DNA of 63,812 nt, filler included, from Sphacelaria rigidula (lineage: Eukaryota), in the NCBI GenBank assembly GCA_964200075.2. It is 4 parts of 4 records of this genome, joined end to end, with 100 filler letters (N's around TTAATTAATTAA, not from the genome) between each part and the next. Parts side by side here need not be neighbours in the genome. Positions count along the whole stretch, not along the records: positions 15,988 to 31,867 come from CAXNAA020001559.1; positions 31,968 to 47,842 come from CAXNAA020001560.1; 2 more parts are not named here. One strand, written 5' to 3'. Positions 24,270 to 36,105 of the stretch are shown here, piece after piece. Each line of letters begins with the position of its first letter. The first letter of the stretch is position 1. The position numbers were made by a program, and so were the translations under genes. The notes beneath the pieces were generated by a model. That model was given only the letters and a program-made list of their open reading frames with translations. It had not been told where the DNA came from and searched no databases.

Positions 24270-27200
24270 ACCTTTTTGTGGAAAGAGCGTACCGTTCTGC
24301 TGAACGGCACTACGTTGGTTCACAAAACCATTCCCTGCGAGGCAGGAGGAGCCGATGATATCTGCTTGGTGGAGGTATGCACTAGAAGTGACGTAGATTT
24401 GTTTTCTCATAACAGGGGAGTGTACCACACCCGTCATAAAGAGATTCATCAGACGTAAGAGTACATGAAGCAGGCCGTACTTGTGGTTCGTGTACCGGCT
24501 GATTGATTGATGTTCCTACTGCTAGGCGTGGGTGAGGAGAGGGACGGGTCACGATTGGTTGCAAAAATGATCCATGCTTGTTGTGTTCAAACTAGAAGAA
24601 GAGTGTCTGCGCCAAAGGATTTCTCATGATGATCTATATTTTTCATTCTCGCACAACGTAACCCCTCCCCGCCCCCCGCGCGCGCCTCCAATGCTATATA
24701 GTACAGGAAAAAATTACCGCTGTCTTGTGGCGCTGACCCTCAAGGTGAATTCAGCCGCACCTTCGAGAGTGCCCGCCGGTATATAGCGGGACCCACCTAC
24801 TTGCCCCTCGATAATCATCGATATGAAACATCTTTCGGTCGTGGACCCCCATCTACAGACATCAACGTCTCCTACTTTCCAAGTTTCTCTTTCAGTGTAC
24901 GCGATTTCCGGGTATAGTTGCTATAGGAGAAGGAAAAGTATCGAGTATCAAGATGGAGAATCCTCCATCGATAGCGGCGATATGATCGAACTCATGTCTA
25001 CAATGGAAATAAAGCGAAAATGCGAATAGTTTCAATTTTCGTACCATCGGCGGCATCGAGCAACAAACGAAGATCAAGTTGTTGGGCCGATTGAATAATT
25101 GTGTAACACAATACATATTTTTTTGGAAAATCGTGCCACGAGTATATCCCGCTTCGACTTCTTCGGTACAAAGGTCTTCACACTTGGCAGGATCTCAGGC
25201 TGGCTGCTCTCATTATATGGTTCAGGGTACGCTCTTGTTGAACAGTACATATCGCTCGGGGGTTGAGGACCACGAGAAACCTGATATGTTCTCATCGAGT
25301 GTGGTACTGACTAACAGAGGGGGCATGCTGGGTAGAGATGGGCATTAGGCTTCAAAATGGGCTCGAAAGGATGTATCGATGATGGACAGTTTTTTCGGAA
25401 ACGCCTTTTGTTTTCGCCAGCGTAACGTTTGTCACCCTGCACCTTATGGAGCTACAACCTTCGGAAAAATGGATTTGTTCTCTCAGCACTTTGCGCTGCG
25501 CATGCGCTTTGTCAAGAAAAATGAGATTTCGAAACGAACAGCCCCATAAGATACACGCTAACGGTGGCGAGATTGAGAGAAGTGTGTCGCATTTCTTTCT
25601 CAGAACCGTAGACCGGTATTGGCCAGGAACGTCTCTGGTCCGACGCGAGCAGAACAACAGTAGTTACATGTGATTTGCTGACCGGTGGAAGATAGGATTT
25701 GTGTCTCCTATCCCCATGGCAGTAGTGTCTTGGTGTGTGCGTATAAGAGAACTCGGCGTAACTACCCCCTACTATAGTTAGTCTATCGTCTGGACCCTCC
25801 TACGAAGCGAGTACAACGGCGAGCAGCGAGCGAGATAATGAAATGAGAACGATTTTTCTGCCTGACCCATAGAGATATATACCTACACGTGAAGTCTAAG
25901 ACATCTGAGGCACAAGTCACGTCAGTTCTTGACGCCGATACTCGATCCCTGAAAGCTGTGCTACGGACAGGAAAGTTAGAGACCAGTATAAAAGACCGCG
26001 CCTAAGCTGCTTCACATGCCAGCAGTTACGCGCTGACAAGAGATATTTCGAGCCACTTCTTGCACGAAATTCCAAGTCAAACCGTCGTTAAAAGCAGCAA
26101 TGGTTGATTGAACGAGCTTGGTATAGATATATAACACCGTTCATTCGTACTGCTTAACACCATTTTTAACCAGACACGAGCGCACCCCGAATGTGGCAGG
26201 TCGTCTGACACACCCATGAGCCTTTTTTTTCGTGCAATCAAATATCTCCCCCCGCCCTATCGTAGGATGACTATTGTGCGCAAGGCCTTTCCCACCGAAG
26301 TCATAGTGCAGGGGACGACCATTCAGAGTTACGTTAACTGTTTTCGGCCTTCATTTCGATTCTCTTTGTGTCCTTAGATTACACTGTTTATCTGCCCCAT
26401 TTCCCTGTTTTCTTCACTCGTCTTCAACGAGCGTTTCTATTTTGTTTTATCTCGGGTACGTCCATCATTTGACCGCGGATAAATCATTCAAGGATCAGTT
26501 AACCAATCACATCTACAAGACCTTGTACCTGTCTAGATGGCACAGAAGCTCCTACTGTCGAGACCTTCTCTGTTCATGCTGCTGTTTCCGCTGCCGCTTT
26601 CGCTTAAGTAGATATCCGTCGGTCTCGAGAACTTTTCTTAATCGCGTTTGTTCTCGATATCGTTCCCATACTAAGCTGTAATTTGTTTACATGATATTGA
26701 GTATTTTCCTTGTAATTCAGCTGGGCGAACCCCATCATTGGTTATCTCCGATATCCCCGGATGAGAAAGATGAAACAAAATAGCGAACGGGAACAAAAAC
26801 AAGAAACAAAACGATGCTAGCAATGACCGCCCTCTGCATTGTGGCTTCAATGGCAAAGATCTTGCTCACAAGTCACACTTGTACCTAAACATTCAAAACA
26901 AAACCCTGTAGAAACATTTTGCAGCTCATCTATTTCGGCGTCACTCTCTCGGGTAGGAAGCTCTCAATCATGAACCCTGCGGAAGCGAGGCACCAAACTG
27001 CTACTTGCATACACCGGAGAAAAAGAATACACGCGTGGCGACAGGGATAGGGTAAGAGAGAGCAGAGAAAAGGGAAACTCTCGTTTGTGGCGGCGGTCCG
27101 ATTCTCATTGATCTTCGCGTCGTCACGTGTGCTTGAACTCTCCCGCCTCTCTCTTGACTCCAAGATGCCGTTTGCCCATGTTCTTCGACGCAGTGAACCA

Positions 27201-30200
27201 ATCGTGGCTTGTACCGTACAATAAGACAAGTACATGGAGCTCACGGGTACTTGTTTGACCAACATACAATGAAAACATCCATTATCTCAAATAAGAAGGG
27301 AGCCGGAAATTAGTGGTGGAGAGAGAGTGAACGCTGTAGGGGTGGGCCGAAGCTGTGAATTCCCTGAAAAAGAACAAGATCTTCAAGAGTAGAAAATTGT
27401 ACGTTCATCCTTTCGTACGAGAAAATATTCGGTACATCCTTCCGTGGTACAACCTTTCATGATTCGAGACCTGTACATACACCCTTTCGTGACTTTGGAC
27501 CTTTTACGTACAGCAATTTATATCTTGACCTACTATGGAACTGCATGCCTAGTTTACTCGAAACTCAGCAGTCGACTAAACTGGTTACAATGATCCGGCG
27601 AAAGCTATGCTATTATTTTTTGTCATTCATATGCAACTTACAACACTCTGTCCGAAATTTCGATGCGAGAGTGCGATGTGACAGGTTTTCTAAATTGTGC
27701 AAATATTTCCACTCTGCCAGCATTCTTGGTGAAGGAGCGCATGTCGGAGGATGTCTCGTCTTTTCGCGTACTTTTTTTGGCGACGGGAAACCGTTCCCGC
27801 GTCTGTATTGGGTTTGTCGGAGAAGATTCCGTCCCGTCCCGTCCCGTCCCGTCCCGTCCCATCTTGAAGTGCCGTGATAAGACCCGATCGTGTTGGAATA
27901 TATTCCATGATGAATTGGCTTCCTCAGCCACTGCACGCCTACCCGGAAACTTGTTCACGGCGTTTGTTCGCAAACACTCGTCTGCGAATATCGCCCACAG
28001 GTTTCCCTTGATCTTGCGGAGGAAGGTGAATCCAGTGAACAGACCTTCTCCACCACCTCAAGCCTCGCCGCCACCGGCAACTTAGCTGACCGCAGGCTCC
28101 GGAACATGAACGACGGTGTCGCCAAGGCGGACGCTGACCTCCACATTCTTCAAGACGTCAGCTATACGGTGCGAAACGTGAAGTGACCTAAGATGACGTC
28201 TCTGTTGAGCCTCATCCGCGCTCTGGCCTCACAACAATTGAAGGGTATTGAAGGATTTTGGAAAACCCATTTTGTCATTTCAGAGCGCAAATATCTCAGG
28301 ATCAGACTGCAGAATGAAAAAAAACACACCATTGAAACACATTCAAGGGAATACCACATTTGACGGAGGGGGAAACAGTTTGGTACACTCTGATCTTGAA
28401 ATATTTGCACTCTGAAATGACAAGAAAATATTTTCCGAAACTCTCTATTTTGATGGTTTTGGCTTTGTGTGTGCGTGCTTTCAAGTTGTGGGATCTAGAC
28501 CACGACAAAACAGAATATCCATCAGTTCCATTCATTTTTTGGTTGAGTTGTATTTGACTAGATACCTTCTTCTTCGCGATGGAGTTGAGGACGTACCTGA
28601 TTGTTGATGCGATTTCTGTATTCATGGTTCAAGATGATTATCAATAACGATGATAATTAAGATGATCATACTGGTGATAGTGTTGATGATGGATGATGCT
28701 GAGGATGCCGCGCGAGGATGATGGCGATTGTTGACACGTGTGTGTTATCGGGACGGATATGCAGTGATTGCTAGATGAGCTCACAAACATGTTGGTGCCC
28801 ACAACGACTTGTTGGAGTATCACTTACAACATTCTTGCTATGTAGATCTAAGTCAGTCCTTCACACAGGTTCATGAGGTTTGAACATGTGGTGGAAATCG
28901 CAGTGGTCGTTGCTCGATTTTGTCATCCTCTCTCATTGGTGGTGGTACGAAATAAATGCTACGAAAATGCCCTACACCTGCGCAGCGAGCACCGAGAACC
29001 CACACACATACGCGCATGAGCTCCGGTGGTTGACCTCGACCATCTGGGTTATACCACGGTGAGAGGGGCACATTTAGGCCCAAAATCTTCTTATTCAGGG
29101 GTTCCTCAAGTTCGAAGCAACACAAGAATATGGGTCAGGACATTCCCGTTTCACCATCCATTCCACTTGCTCCTAATAAGTTTGGAATGCCAATCGCGGT
29201 ATGCTCTTACATATTTCATAACTCATTCTTTGAATGAGACGGAGGGCTCATAGCAATTCAAACCTGAGAAATATTTTGTCGACCGTGCGATGACTCATCT
29301 ATACACCACGTTGTTTTTCACAAGAGTTCGTTCATTAGTGTGTGTAGGGCGAATGTGTGCGTGTCAGCCGAACACATGCCGTTCCTGACCCTTGATGTGG
29401 GTGTCTTAGGCGCACGTTTGACACAAATGATTGTTTCTTATTGGAATATGAAGAGGTTCGACTGAAGTCGAGCGTAACCTGCTCAACTTACCAACAGCTA
29501 CGGCTCAAGCAATACATAATTGGCCAGCCGGGGGCAGGGAGGCCCATGCGTGCTCGTCCTGGATTGCGTGTCGTACCTTTGCATTCGCCCCTATGATGGC
29601 TACGTTTATTCTACGCTTCCAATAAACGGACTTCGTTTCTGCGCATACCGAGTTTTCACCGATTTCAACGGTGGGTGACATCCCACTGACCAATGACAAC
29701 AAGTAAAAAATGACATTGAGGAAACCGCTTCATATTTTGGCTCGGTAAGGCAAGGCCTAACCGATGAAGCGCACACCGGAAAACACGCACACAGGTTCAG
29801 ATTTCAGTGGCAATGCTGTACAGCGAAAACGCCATGGCCCTCTTGGGAAACATATCTGAGGCGCAGATGAGCACCTTCATCGTTGAAGCCATCGAGAGCA
29901 CCAACGAAGCTTTCATAAACTCGGAAGTTCCCCTAGTATTCGAGCTGGTCTACGCAGGGAAGGTGGGTTTTATTTTCTCATAAGGTGCCGACGGTCTTTG
30001 GAATATCATATTTCGACTCAGACTTTTGTGACTTGCTCTGTTGGCGTCACTGCTGTGGAAGTAGCACCCCTATTTCTCTGGATAAATCCGCAGTTTTACG
30101 GGATCTAGACCGATCTCTCCCCGGGACATACATCGCCTTGCATTTCGTTACCGCCATGCGGTGTTCTATTTTGTTTTTTAGGTGGGCCATCTCTTTCTGT

Positions 30201-31292
30201 GCTTTGCTTTTGTTGACTTCTTTATTGTTCCTTTGTTTTGTTACGTCTTGGTCTACTATGTCGTTCTGTTCGACTTTGTTTTTGTTCCTTCTTTCCTTGA
30301 GCGAGTGTTTCAGTTTTGATTTCCTTGGGTACGTCTATCATGCAACCACGGCTGGACCCCTGGGGGGTCAGTTAGATTGCGACAATCAATCAAATCAAAT
30401 CATGAAGTGAATGAGTACTTCCACATACCGTCGACTGTGCGGTTGTCTCCTCTTGTTTGTGATGTTGTGGTGTGCTCACGTCCTGGCGTTTCAAGCAACA
30501 GAAACTGATGACATCATGCCTTTACCACCCGTTGGGATTTGAAGCCAGCGCGGCACGGTCCGCGAAGGTCGTGGTTGAAGTACCCGTTTAAGAAACGGGG
30601 TCGGCGCCAAGCTTTTGCGCATTTCTGTTCTGCACCATGCGTCCTTGAAAGGAGGAATTGTACTTGACTACTATAATATCATAAATGTCACCCAAGCGGT
30701 CGAATCGATCCCGGTTGGTCTTTGGGCGAACCGCATATGCACGTTAAATATATGTACCCGGGTCTTCCCCTTCGTGCCTTAGTGTTGAAGGGAAAGGAAC
30801 GCGGTGTCTCCCCTGTGTCTATCCTGGGCCCAACCTGCTCTGGTGGTTGGGAAACGTGTCAATCATATACATTGGTTGGATTTTCTGAACATAAACATAG
30901 CATCTTGTATCAAAAAAATTGAGCAACATTTGATGCTTGGGTCTACTCGCTTCTGTATCAATATCAAGAAGCACTCCTGTCAACAAAGCAAACCAAAAGG
31001 GTCCCTATCCCTGATCCGTGGCGCAGTTGTCTTTTACTATGGCTAGTGAGAGGTTTGGACGGGTGGTGTTTATCATGATCATGGCTATGTGGGTGAAGCA
31101 CGACATGATGCCCCGACGTGTACGGTCCCCGGCCCGGGGAATGATGTATGTGAGACAGGTGCCATACACTCCGTCGGAAGGGGACCCTCTGGATGAATTC
31201 GCATACAACGACGAGGTGGTGGCAATCCGCGACGAGTACAAGGCCGATCTTGTCCAGCTCGTTGGGGACGTCCATGATGTCTGCGGTGAAGC
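24270..31292 (+). CDS. Zinc metallopeptidase, peptidyl-Asp metalloendopeptidase/reprolysin (M12B-like), partial
   Basis: Exons 24270-24374 (TFLWKERTV...DDICLVE), 28001-28168 (VSLDLAEEGE...DRRLRN...DVSYT), 29795-29962 (VQISVAMLYSENAMALLGNISEAQMSTFIVEAIESTNEAFINSEVPLVFELVYAGK) and 31159-31292 (VPYTPSEGDPLDEFAYNDEVVAIRDEYKADLVQLVGDVHDVCGEA). All are AG/GT-bounded and in phase. The last two fit the family pattern IDV.VLY...TN.AF.NS....L.LV...V.Y...LRD.Y.ADLV.L...CG.A. No HExxH exon is seen before the contig ends. Confidence 0.82.
27830..27860. repeat. (CCGTC)n pentanucleotide repeat
   Basis: ccgtcccgtcccgtcccgtcccgtcccgtccc. Confidence 0.85.
28249..28447. mobile_element. TA-flanked MITE, degenerate copy of the 43601-43805 family
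   Basis: ttttgtcatttcagagcgcaaatatctcaggatcaga is inverted as tctgatcttgaaatatttgcactctgaaatgacaagaa; ends ccgaaactctcta. Confidence 0.75.
30075..30402 (+). repeat. Retroposon-like 3' end with an (AATC)n tail
   Basis: ggggggtcagttagattgcgacaatcaatcaaatcaaatca; the same terminus occurs at 42282-42330. The 5' boundary is approximate. Confidence 0.55.
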
Positions 31293-31867
31293 GTGAGTGA
31301 GGTCATGTACCCTAGGGCTATGGAGAGTTGTACCGATGTATAATTGAGGGTTATGCAATGCATGGTATGTAGTTTGTTGGAAATGTGGCTTGCCTGTGAA
31401 AACCATCTGTAGTACTGTGTTCACCTGACTGTCAATTGACAGGTACAACGGTTCAAGGCGTGAACGCAGCTCTAACAAGAGAGCTCGCGGAGGATGCACA
31501 GCGTTGATGAAGCACCTGCTTCGTGCAGTAATAGAAAACATGGTTTTCATTAGCGCTTCACTTGGCCAAACGCAGAATCAAACATCACCAGTTTATACTC
31601 TACAGAAAACTGGGTGGAGTCTACAAGCTGGTAGGCCTGCTTGAGGTGGGGAGCTTTGGAGAGTCATAGCAAAGGGCTCTGCCAATTTCTCGACATTCTT
31701 GGACACTATAAAACTGTTAATCCGAACTGTTGATATCTTAGCCTCTAGGTACCAGATTCTTCACTGTTCTGACAATAATATGCTGGCTTTCTGTATACGA
31801 CATATAACAGTGTTTTCGTGAAATTGAGAGTAGATGATACGATTGAGAGTGAAAAGCGGTCAATCAG

Positions 31868-31967
31868 NNNNNNNNNNNNNNNNNNNNNNNNNNNNNNNNN
31901 NNNNNNNNNNNTTAATTAATTAANNNNNNNNNNNNNNNNNNNNNNNNNNNNNNNNNNNNNNNNNNNN
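31868..31967. other. Artificial contig linker (N44-TTAATTAATTAA-N44)
   Basis: Identical 100-bp spacer. Confidence 0.98.
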
Positions 31968-33377
31968 GGCTTTGTAGGGATGCGAGGTCAATGGTCTGAT
32001 GACTATGGCATGCATGATCATGAGTATATCCCCCCCCATGGGACTCCCCGAGCACATCACGGTGTTTCTCGCTTGGTGGTTGATTGCGAGTCTAGTCCGG
32101 CGAAAACTAGAGGTGGGAACCGTTCGAAAAAAACGATTATACCCGGTTTTTGGGAAACCTAGAAGGCGTTTTTACCGGTTTCGGCTCTGAAAAAAACGCT
32201 TTTTTTTTTTTCGGTTTAACCGGTGTAATTGGGAAAGGACGCGTTATCCCGGCGGTTATAGGTGGCATTGATTTGGAGTGTAGTACGTACGTGGTGCCGT
32301 CGCCGAAGGGCTTCTTGATTCCTACCCAAGCCAGGCATAGTTGATTCGACTCTCACCAGCGTGATCTTTGGTGAACAGGAGTCAAGTATGACAATGTCAC
32401 ACAGAGTAATGTAAGGCTGCGCGTTTTTCACGCGAAGCAAGTGGGCGTGGTTTTGTGTTTAATCTGGTTGTAGCAGTAGTCTCGAAAGTGTTGCACCGAG
32501 AGGAGATTGCCTCCCCCTCCCGCGTGATGCTCATCATTCGTTGATGTACGAAGCAGCGGTCGCTGAAAGGACAGCTGCCTAAAGCCGTATACTCTCCTGT
32601 ACGGACGTTAAACCCCTCTCTTTGCGGCTGTGCTGCGTCTACCCTACAACAGTACAGTACCTACTGCTGGTTCATGCGTACATTCATGCAGCATGTAGTA
32701 CACATCTGCTCTATGCTGCAGTTGTGTGCGCTGTCTGTACTGTTGCCCTGCTGTATTGACTGCATTGTACTCTCATGACTGTACACGTACACTGCGTGTG
32801 CTGTTTGTACTGACTGTGGTGTTTTTGTCTGTACTAAGGAATTTGCCTCGTCTGCGCGATGGAAGGCATTTTTTATGAACACCGTTTCTGTGGATAACTT
32901 TTATTTTCTCCGAAAACACGGCATTTCTCGACGATACACGATATGGGCGGGGAGAGCAAGCACCCATGTGGGAGAAAGAAAATCTCCGGATCCCGGATAT
33001 GGTTTCTCCTGGAGGAAGGCCTTCAAAGACGGAGTCAGAAGGCCTCACAAGAAAAAGCACTCTAACTATCTCCAGAAGGAATTTGTCGGCACCAACAGAC
33101 TTGGACTCAGCTTCACAAGTGCCCCGTCAGCCATAACTCTCTGAGCTTCTATATTTGATTGTTCAAGTCCGAGAGGGATGTATCAAGCAAGCAAGCAAGC
33201 AAGCGTGATGCCGGTCCGGCAGACAACGAGCACTTCAGGCGTCCGTCAGAAGGTTTTTGAGAGTTTCGAGTGATGTGCCGAGATGTTTGGATTGGATTTC
33301 TTGCTCAAATTGTCGGAATGACCAGTGGCAGACAGTTGTAAAATTTCGTCGCGACGGCAAGAAGTTTCGAGTTTTCG

Positions 33378-33950
33378 CACCCATTTTGTGGTAATCAGTG
33401 ACAACAGTCGAAATCCCGTCGCAACGGCAGTAATTTTCCTCTATTCGCGCCTATTTTTGTGGAAATCAGTGGAAATCGTCAAACCGTCGAATCTTCGTCC
33501 CAACGGCAGTAAGTCTGTCTGTTCATAGTGATCGTTTGTCGAGGGGGCAGGCGTTTCAATTTCAAGGGGAGCTCTCACACTGCAATAAGTGAAGATCTCA
33601 CGTGAGCATCGTGGGCTGGAGCACAACAAAACCATTTTGCGCTCATTTATTTGTGGAGATCAGTGGAAATTGTTGAACCTTCGTCCTAACGGCACTGAGT
33701 TTTTCTGTTCATATTGATCGATTGTCGAGGGGGGGTCGTTCCAAGTTCAAGGAGAGCTTTCACACGGCAAGGTGAACACCTACCTCACGTGGCCATTTTG
33801 GATTGGAGCACGACACTCATAATAAGATGCGCCCATTTGTTTGTGGAAGTCAGTGGATATATTCGAAACTTCCTATCAACGGCAGTAAAGCATCAATTGT
33901 CCGCACCAGTTGATGTGGAGCGTTCGTCCCAATGGCGGTAAGTCTGTCTG
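33378..33950. repeat. Degenerate tandem repeat, ~190-bp unit, about 3 copies
   Basis: Recurring tttgtgga(a/g)atcagtggaaat...aacggca...gttcata.tgatcg.ttgtcgaggggg...ggagcac at ~33455, ~33650 and ~33840. Confidence 0.75.
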
Positions 33951-34128
33951 CGCCTACGGTCTTCTTCATGGCGTCTCGCCGTCCAAGACGACATCTCTGA
34001 CGTGACCATCTTTGACCCAGACACAAGTCAGTAATGACCGTCAGCCTGCTGCGGCACGCCCGTGGTCTATCTGACCAGTTAGGGCGCGATGTTCCGGTCT
34101 TGGATCCCGATAGATGCGGCCCTTTTAA

Positions 34129-34230
34129 CCCTTCGACCGCGAGGGTAGGTCACCTACTGAATCGGTACCAATATTCATTTGAAAAAGGAATGCGTAATGT
34201 AGATGGAGTACCCGCACCGCGGTGTCAGAG
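34129..34230. mobile_element. piggyBac-type MITE (~100 bp) with TTAA target-site duplications
   Basis: TTAA|cccttcgaccgcgagggtag...accgcggtgtcagag|TTAA; homologous to 46626-46724. Confidence 0.75.
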
Positions 34231-34406
34231 TTAAGCACCGTCCGGCTTCCGTATTGGGCTGTGATGATTTAGCCCTGCAGCAACAACTCTACGCACCCAC
34301 CCCTCTCTTCACTTTTCAGTACTCCCGTGCGGCGTATACCCGACACTGTTGTGAAATGTCAAGTTCCCTGAAAACCCTGCAAATGTATATAATCCCCCGA
34401 TCACCC

Positions 34407-36060
34407 ATGCTTCTTCGCGTGCCGACGCTATCTGAAATACTAAGGCGGCGGGATCAGCAGTCGCCGCCCTCGGAAGACACATCGTCGCTAGCGACGCCGG
34501 ACGACCAGACTCCGCTGCCTGAGGAAGCGGCCGAAGCGGTGGGTGGTATCCTGCCTAGGCCCCGCTCCGAAAAATTTACGAGACGCGACCTGGCTCCTCA
34601 AAACTTTCGTCAAGTTGTTTCTTCAGACGAACGACGTGTCTCTCGTGACGATCACGGCGGTACTGATGATGAGGTAACCGTCGCTTATACTCCTGCTGCT
34701 GCTTCGGCTGCTACTTCGGCTGCTGCTTCGGCTGCTGCTTCGGCTGCTGCTCCTGCTGCTCCTGCTGACGCACTTACACAGCAGGGCCAGCAGAAGCTAC
34801 AACAACGATCGGCGAGTCGAGAAGGACTACCGCTCGTGCGTAACATCCTTTCCCGTAATCGCAACGGCATGAGAACGGCCCAAACGGGAAGCGAAACTAC
34901 CGGCACGGGCTCCGGCGGCGGCGGCAACCCCCGTGTTGTGGAGTGGGTGGATGTCGGGAGCACTGTGCGAACCCCACCACCCGTGGTCCGCACACACAAT
35001 GACCTCGCCACCGATCGTCACCGTCCCGCGGTTGAGGTGCTGTTTGCGTCTGATGAAGGAAGTGGGAATGTCAGCAGCAGCATCGGCGGCGGCGGCCGAA
35101 GCAGCCGTGATGACGAAGCCGGTGTACGTTCCTCCGCGCAGGGTGATGTTGATTCCACGGTGCCCGACACGCACGACCGTAGTGCTACCAATATTGCCAT
35201 GGCGGGTAGCAGCGATGATGACGCCGTCGATGCAACTGCTGCCGCCGCCGCCGCCGCTGCCGCCGCCGCCGCAGGCCCTACCGCGGGGGGCAGCTACGAA
35301 ACAAATAATAGCTTCTACGTTTCTAGTTCGTCGGGTTATTCAGGAGACCCGGGATTTTTCTCGTCCATGTTTTCCACCGCTGGTACTGTCGCCTCGGGGA
35401 TCGACGTAGCAGTGGCAGGGGCGAGGGAGCTGATGTCACCGGAAAGTGACGCATCTCCCGGCGGCGCTGGCGACGAAGAAGAAACCCTTGCAACTATCGA
35501 TGAAAGAGACGTCAGCGCGCGCGGCAGCGACTTCGGGGAAAATGAGTCAGTCATATGTATCGAGGGGAGCCCCGTCTCGGTGTTTACTTCCCTTGCTTTA
35601 CGGCCCGCTCTCCCACCCGGCAGCCGCGATGGTGTTGCCCCTGTGCCTCTCGCTCCAACGGCATCGCGTGACACGGCCGCCAGCACTACCAGTACTCCCA
35701 CTGCTCCCTTGCAACGTGAAGACAGCAGCGATAGCGACGACGACAAGCGGGACGGCGGTAAGGCCTTTCTAGGAACAGAGGGGGCAGCAGCAGGTGCTGT
35801 AGATGAGGACGGTACTGATAACACCGACAATGCTGCTACTACTCCAGGTGCGGCAGGTGCGGCAGAGCCTGCGACAGCGGCGACAGCCTTGAGCGCCCTG
35901 CCACCCACGGATCATCAACAGCGGGAGAGCCTCGACGGCAGCGACTACAACAATGCCCGCCCGTCCCCGTTAGTCATAAGCGCACCAGAATCGGCGGTGG
36001 TATTGGACGAACCTCCGCACGGCGGTGCAGCGGGTGGCGGAACAGGAGAAAGCGGTGCTT

Positions 36061-36105
<45 letters not shown>

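Noticed and set aside
34203..34406. N-terminus of the 771-aa ORF
   Set aside because: The ATG lies inside a piggyBac-type MITE. The coding signature starts near ATG 34407, and the ORF's last residues lie past the donor at 36437.
31293..34406. Continuation of the metallopeptidase across the linker
   Set aside because: No HExxH exon was found, and the linker joins contigs that appear unrelated.
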